A stretch of DNA of 63,490 nt, counting the filler, from Chiloscyllium plagiosum (lineage: Eukaryota), in NCBI RefSeq assembly GCF_004010195.1. It is 4 parts of one record of this genome, joined end to end, with 100 filler letters (N's around TTAATTAATTAA, not from the genome) between each part and the next. Parts side by side here need not be neighbours in the genome. Positions count along the whole stretch, not along the records: positions 52,493 to 60,074 come from NC_057710.1; positions 60,175 to 63,490 come from NC_057710.1; 2 more parts are not named here. One strand, written 5' to 3'. Positions 52,493-63,490 of this stretch are shown here, one piece after another. Made by a program: the position numbers and the translations under genes. The notes beneath the pieces are model-generated. The model did not search any database. It was not told the DNA's origin and was given only the letters and a program-made list of their open reading frames with translations. Position 1 is the first letter of the stretch; every line of letters starts with the position of its first letter.

Positions 52493-53265
52493 GGGGTCTA
52501 TAATACAATCCCAATAAGGTGATCATCCCTTTCTTATTTCTAAGTTCCACCCAAATAACTTCCCTGAATGTATTTCTGGGAATATCCTCCCTTCGCACAG
52601 CTGTAATGCTATCCCTTATCAAGAATGCCATGCCCCCTCCTCTTTTGCCTCCCTTTCTATCCTTCCTATAGTATTTGTATCCTGGAACATTCAGCTGCCA
52701 GTCCTGCCCGTCCCAGAGCCATGTTTCCGTAATTGCTATGGTATCCCAGTCCCATGTTCCTAACCATGCCCTGAGTTCATCTGTCTTCCCTGTTAGGCCC
52801 CTTGCATTGAAATCAATGCAGTTCAATTTATTAGTCCTACCTTGTCCTGACTGTTTGACTCACTTCTGTTCTCAGCTGTACACGTCTCAGATCGATCTCT
52901 TTCCTCACTATCTCCCTGGGTCCCACCTCCCCCAATTTACTAGCTTAAATCCTCCCAAGCAGTTCTAGCAAATTTCCCTGCCAGTATATTAGTCCCCTTC
53001 CAATTTAGGTGCAATCCGTCCTTCTTGTACAGGTCACTTCTACCCCAAAAGAGATTCTAATGATCCAAAAATGTGAATCCTTCTCCCATACACCAGCTCC
53101 TCAGCCATGCATTCATCTGCACTATCCTCCTACTCCTGCCCTCACTAGCTCGTAGCACTGGGAGTAATCCAGATATTACTACCCTTGAGGACCTCCTTTT
53201 TAAATTTCTACCTAACTCTCTGTAATCTCCCTTCAGAGTCTCAACCTTTTCCCTTCCAATGTGAG
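52493..53265 (-). mobile_element. CR1 ORF1 end and ORF2 APE start, runs into a gap
   Basis: NCIDFNARGLTGK...AITETWL...LLGLYYRP. Confidence 0.9.
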
Positions 53266-55921
53266 TTATTTAATATTTTTAATGTGGATGTAGTTAGATT
53301 GTTGTCAGGTAAGGAAAATGGATTTATGGGAATGTCGAATTCAAAATACAAAAAGATACCAATATATTATTCAATGAGAAGCAGGCATGAAGGACCAAAT
53401 GGCTTAGTTCTGTTCCTTATTTTCATGTTCTTGTGTTCGGTGAAATAGCAAGTGAGACGTATATATTGACCTATCATTCTCTTCCGCGCTCACAAAATAT
53501 GTCTGTTATTTGGAATTATAGCATGAAAAATCATGACATGAAAGTCCAATGCAAAGAGGTGACACCACCAGCCACTACCATCCCAGAACGATACATAGTG
53601 ATAACACATCTGAAAATAAAATTAAGCTCCTCAATCAGCTCCCTTTTTAGACATTGCAGAAAGTATTACAGTTACTCTGATATCTTGCTGTTACTCATTA
53701 ACAATCATCAAACCACAAGAAGGAGCACAAAAGAATCAAAGAACTTCTTTATTGCTTAAGGCAGGACCAAATTTTCTTCTGGTTAAGTCAGTTTGAAAGA
53801 TTTCGGATGGGTATCAGACTCTAGTTCTTGTAGGCAGGAGGCAGCAGTGTTCTGGGCAGCATTTGGGGAAAAAAAAAACTCTTCAAAAATGTGCGGTGAG
53901 GCAAAAGGAGAAACAACTTGACTGCCAGCCTGATTGATTTACTTGGGAAATCAAAGAAAATGAGATGGTCAGAAAGGATATATAATAGAGTTTAGTATTT
54001 TCCTGTCACCGATGTCAAGGTAACAGGCTTGCAATTGCCACAATCACATGCATTACCTTCAAATCCGTAAGAACCAATAAAACAGAAAAGTGAATAAAAG
54101 AAGAAAAATGAATCAAGGCATTTACCTGAATCTGTTGTCTTTACTGAACAATCATTTACTCACAGTGATACTTATTCCCATGAATACCCTATAGAAAGGA
54201 AGTTGAAAAAGAAATCGTGTTTCTGCTTTGCAGCATTGAGCTTTTCTTGATTAACAATTCAATTTATTGGATTAGGTACTGGATTCTTTAAAATGACAAC
54301 ACATGGAGCAAATATTTCAATAGCAGTGATCTTTTATGTGAGTGAATGAAAACTGCAGCAGTTAATTTTAGATTAGAAATAATCATGAAATTCTAATTCA
54401 ATTTCTTCACACACTTAACAATGAAAGATTACTGGTAAGTGGTCAGTAAGGAAATAAAAACAGTGGAGAGACTCAACTGATTAAGGCAGCAAGTAGAGGT
54501 GTTAGACAGTCAGACACCTCCCACATTCTCTGCTTAAATTCTGTTGATTTTACAGCCAGGGGACAATGATCACAGTGAAGGGAGCATGCTGACATCCAAA
54601 CCTGATTTTCCATTCTGTGTTCCTGCTTTCTAGAATTGGGTTTCTAAAACTATTGGAAGATGGTTTTCCTATAATTTGGACGTTCCAAAGTTATTTTGCC
54701 TTTTTCTAATAAGCAGATCTGAATTTTCTCAAAATCAGTTAAGTGTCATTTTTGGGGAGTTTCATGGAAGGTTTCTTCCTGTGCGCTCCGGCGACATAGC
54801 TCACACAACTCTCCACTGCTTATCCCATTAAGTATGTACCATGCCTCAATAGCAGGGCACTCACACTATGGTGTGCTCCGCTGCAGCTGAAGAACTTGTC
54901 ATTACCATGAGCTTCTGTTTCCACCCAGAGCAACATTGAAAGCCGAGCTATGCAGTAGGTCTAATCCTCTCCTTTACAGTGGAAAGAAAATGATAAAGGA
55001 AAGCTTCTGATGGCGTAAGGGTGGAAAGGGGTCACTTCATTATAAGTAGGCTCAGTCAAGGGCTTATGGACTTGCATCATCAGCCATGGTTGCAGAGGTT
55101 ATGTTCTCAGTAACCATCCACGCAAGGCATCCTGTCCCTGAAATGTAACAGGAACCTGAAATCTATCAACGATACAGCTTGGCAGCCTCTGTGGCACCTC
55201 GAGCAGACACCTCCAACGTGGCACTGATGATCACAGACTTGCAGTTCGTGGAATGGAATACCTTACAATGTATGAAGTCATTGTGTTATAATATGGTGCT
55301 CTCAACATCAAGTTCATAACGGTCTGTAAATCAGGCAATTCACATGCAGAAAGCTGCGATGAGAGATATCTTTAACCCGTATGGTGTAAGTGCCTGATTA
55401 ATGTCATTATCATTTGAAGACATTCACATTTTTTACAAGTAGAACCCACACCCTCAGACAAAGATAATTTTACTTAACCACTGCTAGTCCAGGTGTGTCG
55501 TCAGCTATTGTTCATTTCCATCGAATATTTGCAATTTAGATGAGGAAGGAAGGCAACAGGAGTATCACTGAAGAATGATCCATAGGTTTCATCTGTCAAT
55601 CTAAGAGACACCCCCAGAACCACTGTGTTTCTTTCTTCCTTGCACTTTTTAATCAACCCAATGACTTCTGGACTTCAATGTGTTTACACACAGCTTTTTT
55701 ACTTAAAGTCTTGTCTCCCCATTTCACCAATCATTCTCAGTTTGCAGTTTAATTATGCTAACCATTTCAATGCTCTTCACCACACCCCACCCCCAACTCT
55801 CACCTAAAGTAGTCAACTGATCATGTTCAAGTGTTGGACTGAGATGTTCTTAGCAGTCTGTGGCAATAGCCCCTGTTTGACAAGAGTCAAACTTGACTTG
55901 ACTAAAGACGACACCATTTTT

Positions 55922-58275
55922 ATAGAGTCATAGAGAAATACAGCACAGAAACAGACTCTTCAGTCCAACTCATCCAAGGCAATCCAGATATCCTGAATAA
56001 ATCTAATCCCATTTGCCAGCACTTGCCCCATATCCCACTAAACCCTTCCCATTCACGTACCTATCCAGATGCATTTTAAATGTTATAATTGTACCAGCCT
56101 CCACCACTTCCTCTGGCAGCTCACTCCACACATGCACCACCCTCTGCATGAAAAGGTGGCCCCTTAGGTTCCTTTTAATTTTTTCCCCTCTCATCCTAAA
56201 CCTATGCCCTCTAGTTCTGGACTCCCCTACTCCAGGGAAAAAACTTTCTCTATTTACCCTATCCATGCCTCTCATGATTTTATAAATCTCTATAATGTTA
56301 CCCCTCAGCCTCTCCCTGTAGCTCAAGCCCTCCAACCCTGGAAACATCATTGTAAACTTTTTCTGAACCCTTTCATATTTCACAACTTCCTAAACTTTTT
56401 CTGAACCCTTTCATATTTCACAACTTCCTTCCTAAGGGAGACCAGAATTGCATGCAATATTCCAAAAATGGCCTAACCAATGTCCTGTACAGCTGCAACA
56501 TGACCTCCCAACTCCTATACTCCATACTCTGACCAATAAAGGAAAGCATACCTAAAACCTTCTTCACTATCCTATCTCCCTGCAACTCCACTTTCAAGGA
56601 ACTATGAACCTGCACTCCAAGGTCTCAACCTGCACTCCAAGGTCTCTTTGTTCAGCAACACTCCCCAGGAACTTACCATTAAGTGTATAAATCCTGCTCA
56701 GATTTGCCTTTACAAAATGCAGCACCTCACATGTATCTAAATAAACCTCCATCTACCACTCCTCGACACATTGGCCCATCTGATCAAGATACAGTTGTAT
56801 TCTGAGGTAATTTTCTTCGCTGCCAACTGCACCTCCAGTTTTGGTGTCATCTGCAAACTTACAAACCATACCTTCTTTGTTCAAATCCAAATTATTTATA
56901 TAAATGACAAAAAGCAGTGGACCCAGCACCGATCCTTGTGGCACTCCACTGGTCACAAACTTCCAGTCTGAAATGCAACTCTCCACCACCACCTTCTTTT
57001 GAGCCAATTCTGTATCCAAGTGGCTGGTTCTCTCTGTATTCTACATGATGTAACCTTGCTAACCAGTCTATCATAAAGAGCCTTATCGAACACCTTACTG
57101 AAGTCCACCGTTCTGTGCTTATCAATCCTTTCTGTTACTTTCTCAAAAAATTCAATCACGTTTGTGAGACATGATTTCCCACATGCAAAGTCATGTTGAC
57201 TTTACCTAATTAGTCCTTGTCTTTCCAAATACATGTAAATCATGACCCCCAGGATTCCTTCCAACATCTTGCCCATCACTGACGTCAGGCTCACTGGTCC
57301 ACAGTTCCCTGACTTGTCTTTACCGCCCTTCTTAAATAGTGCCACCACGTTAGCCAGCCTCCAGTCTTCCGGCACCTCTCCTGTGACTATCAATGACACA
57401 AAATTCTCAGCAAGGGGCCCAGCAATCATTTCACTAGCTTCCATCGGGGTTCTCAGGTACATCTGATCAGTTCCTGGGGATTTATCTACCTTTATATACT
57501 TTAAGATATCCAGCACCTCCTTCTCTGTAATATGGACATCTATCAAGATGTCACCATCTATTTCCTTGCATTCTATACCTTCCATGTCCTTCTCCAAGTA
57601 AACACTGATGTAAAATACACGTTTAGTATGCCCCTCCCCATCTCCTGCAGTTCCACACATAGGCTGCCTTGCTGATCTTTGAGGAGCCTTATTCTCTCCC
57701 TAGTTACCCTTTTGTTCTTAATTTATTTATAAACTCCCCTTTGGATTCTCCTTAACCCTTTTTGCCAAAGCTATCTCATGTCCCCTTTCTGCCTTCCTGA
57801 TTTCCCTCTTAAGTATACTGCTGCTGGCTTTATACTCACCTAAGGATTGACTCGATCCCTGCTGTCTAAACATGATATATGCTTCCTTCCTTACCTTGAC
57901 CAAAACTTCAATTTCTCTAGTTATCCAGCATTCCCTGCATGTACCAACCTTGCCTTTCTTCCTAACAGGAAAGTACTGTCTCTGTTCTCTCGTAATCTAA
58001 TTTTTGAAGGCTTCTCATTTTCCAGCTGCTCCTTTACCTGCAAACATCCACCCATTCAATTTTTGAAAGTTCTTGCCTTACTCCAATTTAGAACTTTAAC
58101 TTGTAGATCCGGTCTATCCTTTTCCATCATTATTTTAAAACAAATAGAATTGCGGCCGCGAGCCCCAAAGTGCTCCCCCACTGACACGCTGCCCTGCTGT
58201 TTCTTTCCACAAGAGTAGGTCAAGTTTTGCACCTTCTCGAGTAGGTCCATTCACATACTGAATCAGGACATTTTC
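55922..58275 (-). mobile_element. 5'-truncated CR1 LINE with small internal tandem duplications
   Basis: [32 protein letters not shown], 3' gactctat; tandem duplications at ~56354-56428 and ~56607-56646. Confidence 0.92.
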
Positions 58276-59364
58276 TGGTTGAAGTACATGCAGTGTTTTC
58301 AATGTAAGCTACTGGCACAAGGCACAAGCATGACATTGACGTACAATGGACACTTACATCAAGTTGTCCACCTCTTGACTGATCACTGCTGACAACCATG
58401 ACAAGCTGCTTGGCTTTGTGCCTCTGCAAAATGACAAGGCAACACTGTGAGCCTGTAAATTCTGAATGAAGATGTAATTTGCAAATGGGAAAACAGGCCA
58501 AAGTAGAAATGCTATGACACCACTTGTGTTTCTACTGCACAATGACAGCATTAAATGAATAGTTTCACCTCTTGGTTAAAACTGTAAGATTAAGAATAGA
58601 ATAATGGCTACACTGATCAGATAATTTCTTTTTGTATGCCTTGTAGACTCATGAATGATCCTAAGACTATCAATTGTGGTCCTGAAAGGTTTGCAGTCTC
58701 TCCTAAGTGTGAGTTTGTCTCTAACAAAATGCTGCTGTCGAGCCAAAGATTTGATCTATCTGTCACACAAATACATAATGTGTTATAAGAATTTCAGTAT
58801 GATGCCAGGTATCTCTAGGCCATATGTCTCACATGTCCCAGAAGTATTTCTTCATCTGAGAAATTCCTGGAGAAGCTCAGCAGGTGTGACAGGATCTGTA
58901 GAGAACATAGAGTTTGCATTTTGAGTCCTATGCCCCTTCTTCAGAACTGTTCAGAACTATTAAAAAAAGAGAGTCAAATGGCTACAGTTCTGATTCATAA
59001 AAAGCAGTTAAACGTTCCGACACCATAGCCACAAAGCTCTCTTGAAAAACAGATCTTTTAAAAACTAAAAACGTTTTCTACACTGAAACACCTTACCTGT
59101 GTCCATAAATCAGTTAATTCTGCTGTTTTCTCTCTCCAAATCAATATAAGAGTAGAGGGAAGTTGACAATCCTTATTTGTTACGAACATCACATAGACAC
59201 TGAAACTTGTAACTAAAAGCCTGTAGTTTGACCCAGAAAACTACTTTATAAACAGCATTCTCAAAGGGACCAACATGAGAACAGCAAGAAAGCTAAAGAG
59301 AAACAGAACCAGAAAAGGGAATAATAAAAGACAAGATCAATAAGATAAACAAACATTGTACTGA

Positions 59365-60074
59365 ACTCACACGACATCAGGTTATAGTCCAACAGGTTTA
59401 ATTAGAAGCACACTAGCTTTCGGAGCGACGCTCCTTCATCGGGTGGTAGTGGAGGGCTCAATCCTAACATAGAATTTATAGCAAAAATTTACAGTGTGAT
59501 GTAACTTGACGTCAAGTACAAATTCACCCCACAAAATATATGTGTGCATGTGGGTCTTTGTCTGTCTGTGTGTGTGTGTCTGTCTGGGTTGGGGGTTGTG
59601 AGTGTGAGAACGTGTATGTGTGTTTGTGTAGTGAGTGCAGAGTGTCTTAAGTCTGTGAGGGGGTGCATGTGTGAGTGTGGGAGTGTGTGTGTCTGTAAGG
59701 GTGTGTGTGGGTATCTGTGTGTGCGTCTGTGTGTGTGTGTGTGTCCGTCCGTGTGTATGTGTGCATAGGAGTGTCTGTGTGTGTGTGAGAGTGTATGTAG
59801 GAGTATCTGTGTGTGTATATAGTGCAATGGTGGTCACCTGTAATGTGACATGAACCCAAGGTCCCGGTTGAGGCCCTCCCTATGGGTACCGAACTTAGCT
59901 ATCAGCCGCTGATCTGCCACTTTTCTCTGCTGCCTGTCCCGAAGTCCATCTTGGAGGATGGTCACCCGAAGGTCCGTGGCTGAATGTCCTGGAGCACTGA
60001 AGTGTTGCCCAACTGGGAGGGAACCCTCCTGTCTGTTGATTGTTGTGCGGTGCCCATTCATCCGTTGTCGTAGC
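59365..60074 (-). mobile_element. PLE family A 3' part (GIY-YIG C-terminus, CA-rich UTR, pLTR)
   Basis: MNGHRTTINRQEGSLPVGQHFS...LIAKFGTHREGLNRDLGF; hammerhead variant at ~59411-59445. Confidence 0.85.
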
Positions 60075-60174
60075 NNNNNNNNNNNNNNNNNNNNNNNNNN
60101 NNNNNNNNNNNNNNNNNNTTAATTAATTAANNNNNNNNNNNNNNNNNNNNNNNNNNNNNNNNNNNNNNNNNNNN

Positions 60175-60255
60175 CGTCCTCAGTGAAGGGAAGGTCTGGA
60201 GGGATGGTGAAAACACGGCAGGGCTGGGAGCTGAGATCTGGTGTGAGTTTGGAGC
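60175..60255 (-). mobile_element. PLE family B N-terminal coding fragment
   Basis: Minus strand SQPCRVFTIPPDLPFTED, running into the gap. Confidence 0.5.
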
Positions 60256-60536
60256 TAGGAGTGGGGGCAGAGCTGGTAACTGGCTCTTATTGGAATAACT
60301 AGAGATGTCCTGAATTCACAAAAGTGGAAGGGAAGCCTTTGAGATCTACGTTCAGGATGCTGTGGTAAGAGGTAGTAGGGTAGATCGATAACAGGAACAT
60401 TACTCCAAGGACATGAATGCAGTGCAGAAAGGAGGTCAATGATCTCACAATAGTTGCCAAAGGGAATGAGTTCAAACTTCCACTGGTACATCATGCCAAC
60501 TCTACTCTTTGCTTGATAGTCTGTTCAATTCACTGC

Positions 60537-60627
60537 ATCCCATCATCCATCTCTCAGCAATCCCATTCAATCCCATCATCCATCTCTCAGCAATCCCATC
60601 ATCCATTTCTCAGCAATTCCATTCAAT
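60537..60627. repeat. Short imperfect tandem repeat (atcccatcatccatctctcagca, ~3 units)
   Basis: Visible tandem units. Confidence 0.75.
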
Positions 60628-61279
60628 CAGTGTTCAAGAATTCAAATCATGTGCGTCACCTCACCTTCACAGACTGCACTGTTGGAGTATAGTACTCATG
60701 TCTTGGATACACGGCTATTCTAGCTATTCAGTCATGTGTGTTAGAATAAGTGACTAATGAGATAGTTCATGGGTTTAGTTAAACTTCACAGACCTCCTGA
60801 GATTTTGAGAAGGTCGTATTAGATTAGAAAACACAAAAATAATCCCTTTGTTCTAAAAAAAATGGGTTTGGATAGGTAAAGTAAACTATAGGCCAGTTTG
60901 ATTAATATCTCTTGTAGGAAAAACATTGGAAGTACAAAATATTCTTTTGAGGATGTAAACATTGCTGGCTAGGGAACAATTAGTCCATCGCTAATTGCCC
61001 AGACTCAAACACATTTCTGTGGGTCTGGAGTTACATATCGGCCAGACCATGAAAAATGGCAGGATTTTTTCCGAAAGTGCAATGGATGAGTTTTTAACAA
61101 TAATTACATTGTCATCACTAGTCCCATTTGTTTAATTTTATTGAATTCAGACTTTTGTGTCATCTGCCATGGTGGAGTTAGAATTCATGCCCAAGAACAT
61201 CAGCTTGATACTTGAGATTGAGTGAGCATATCATGAGACCATCGGCTTTCCCATTTATAGTAGGGGACTTGGGTAAATT

Positions 61280-61740
61280 CAAAACAATCATGTAGAGCTA
61301 ATGTAGTTTGTCAAGGGAAATAACGTTTGACCAATCTTTTGGATATCTTTGAGGAAGAATTTTGGACTGTGAATAAGAGTAGTGTGGCATGGAGGGGAGG
61401 GGTGTGGGTGGTGGGGAAGTGGATGTGCCATAATTATATTTCCAGAAGGCGTTTGATTGACATGCTAGATCTAAAGTTACTGCATAAATATAACCTCATG
61501 ATGTAGGGAGTAGCATATTGACTGGTAAACAGGAAGTGGAAAGTAGGGATAAATGCAACTTTTTCAGGTTGGCAAGATGCACTGAATGATGTACCACAGA
61601 GTTTTTTGCTGGATCTCAACATTTTACAATTTATACAAAGGACTGAGATGAAGGGACAGAAGGCATGGTTGCCAAATATGCTGAACACAAAAGGTAGGTA
61701 AGATAGAAGTTTGTGAAAAGGATGCAATGAAGGTACAAAA
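61280..61740 (+). mobile_element. Old CR1 RT fragment
   Basis: ttccagaaggcgtttgat..., gggataaatgcaactttttcaggttggcaagat...gtaccacag. Confidence 0.6.
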
Positions 61741-62678
61741 ATATATCATAGAATCATAGAATCCCTATAGGCCATTCAACCCATTGAGTCCACATCTATG
61801 ACATTGCTCCAACTTTCTTCTCAATCATTTACCTCACTCTCCTGAAATGGAACTTCCAACAGAATGAACAGAAAGATGTTCAACGCCCACCGGCTGCAGG
61901 TTAGCTCATCCTCTGTCATTGAACCAGTGTCTACAGATGATGCCTGTGTCCAAATATATTGGAGGCCAACCTTCCCAATGATATCAAAGTCTTCCCATTG
62001 TCTCTTGTTTTGCTAGGGCTCTTTGAGTGCACACACAGAGAAACATTATATTGATGTCAAGGGCAGCTACTTCTCCTCTGGAAATCAGCTGTAATGAAAC
62101 CAACTGATGTCAATGAGCAGTTTATTAATTTTGCTCATTCTTACTTGGTAACACTGTCTACCACCCCTACTGTCACTATGCTGATGATTGAGAGTAGACT
62201 GATAAAGCAGTAATAACATCATGATGAATTTGCCTGTTTTATGCACATGACATACCCGGGCAATTTTTCACGGTTTCATGTGACTGCCATAGTTGTAACT
62301 AGGCTAGAACAGCTTGGTTAGGGATTTAGTGAGTTTGGGAGAACAAGTCTTTACTACTATTGCTGGAATATGGTCAGAACCCAGAGCCTTTGCACTGTCC
62401 ACTATCTTATTCAAATCCTGATGTCATGGAGAGCGAGTCAAATTGGTTGAAGACCGACACCTTTGATGCTGGGGATCTTCGGATGAACCGAGCTTAATCA
62501 TCCACTGACCACTTCTGGTTGAAGATGATTACAAAGGCGTCAGCCTTATCGTTTGCACTGATGTGATTGGTTCCCCCATCCCCCCATGATTGTGAATGTG
62601 GATATTTGTGGAGCCTTCACCTCCTGTTAGATAATTAATTGTCCACTATCACTTGAAACTGGATGTGGCAAGACTGCA

Positions 62679-63490
62679 GTCCTCAACAAAGGACTCACCT
62701 TCATCCCCCTCCATCCACGCATCAATGAATTTAATACACACCGTGACCTCAAACACTTCTTCCGCCGCCTCCGCCTCCGAGCTTACTTTCACAATCAGGA
62801 CTCCCGCCCACCTTCCGAGGACCCCTTCGCCCACCTCCAACACACTGTATCCACCTGGACACCCCGTGGTGGCCTATTACCTGCCCTCACCCTCTTCATT
62901 TCCAACTGCTGCCGGGACATTAACCGCTTCAACCTGTCGACCCCCCTCCCCCACTCCAACCTCTCACCCTCACAACGTGCAGCCCTCCAATCCCTCTGCT
63001 CCAATCCCAATTTCTCAATCAAGCTAGCAGATAAAGGGGGCGCAGTGGTAGTCTGGTGCACTGACCTCTACAACGCTGAAGCCAAACGCCAACTCGAGGA
63101 CACCTCTTCCTACCTCCTCCTCGACCATGACCCCACCCCCCAACACTAAACCATCATCTCGCAGAACCATACATAACCTCATCACCTCAGGAGATCTCCC
63201 ACCCACAGCTTCTAACCTCATAGTCCGGGAACCCCGCACTGCCTGGTTCTACCTCCTTCCCAAGATCCACAAGCCTGACCACCCTGGCCGACCCATTGTC
63301 TCAGCATGCTCCTGCCCCACTGAACTCATCTCTACCTACCTCGACACTGTCCTATCCCCCCTAGTCCAGGAACTCCCCACATACGTTCGAGACACCACCC
63401 ACGCCCTCCACCTCCTCCAAGACTTCCGTTTCCCCGGCCCCCAACGCCTCATCTTCACCATGGATATCCAATCCCTCTGCACCTCCATCC
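62679..63490 (+). mobile_element. Penelope-like family B reverse transcriptase N-terminal half, cut by the window end
   Basis: VLNKGLTFIPL...FFRRLRLRAYF...IKLADKGGAVVVW...FYLLPKIHKPDHPGRPIVS...YVRDTTH...FTMDIQSL; contains a stop and a frameshift. Confidence 0.92.

Noticed and set aside
54770..55400. Possible second Myb/SANT-like relic
   Set aside because: No consistent reading frame or motif could be recovered.
60175..62700. Inversion linking the PLE B fragments at 60175-60255 (-) and 62679 (+)
   Set aside because: They look adjacent on the element, but the first ends at an assembly gap, so coincidence is as likely.

Overview
Repeat-rich eukaryotic DNA, almost certainly from a shark, judging by HE1-type V-SINEs, HER1/CR1 LINEs and a Deu-domain SINE. 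I found no intact host protein-coding gene. Nearly all ORFs in the track are fragments of decayed retroelements, low-complexity translations or run through N gaps. The window holds many CR1-clade LINE pieces, including one near full-length copy (37760-42928) with a zinc-finger/SGNH-esterase ORF1. It also holds at least three Penelope-like element (PLE) terminus families, each with a minimal hammerhead ribozyme motif showing compensatory base changes. Several ~90-300 bp hammerhead-containing inserts, mostly fold-back, are flanked by 11-16 bp target-site duplications (TSDs). Other content: two copies of a pogo/Tigger-like MITE, tRNA-derived SINEs, a decayed Gypsy pol whose RNase H runs directly into a PPT/LTR (Gmr1-like order), a templated-insertion scar, a candidate spliced minus-strand non-coding transcript, and artificial TTAATTAATTAA linkers in gaps. 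Coordinates were read by eye and element boundaries are approximate.
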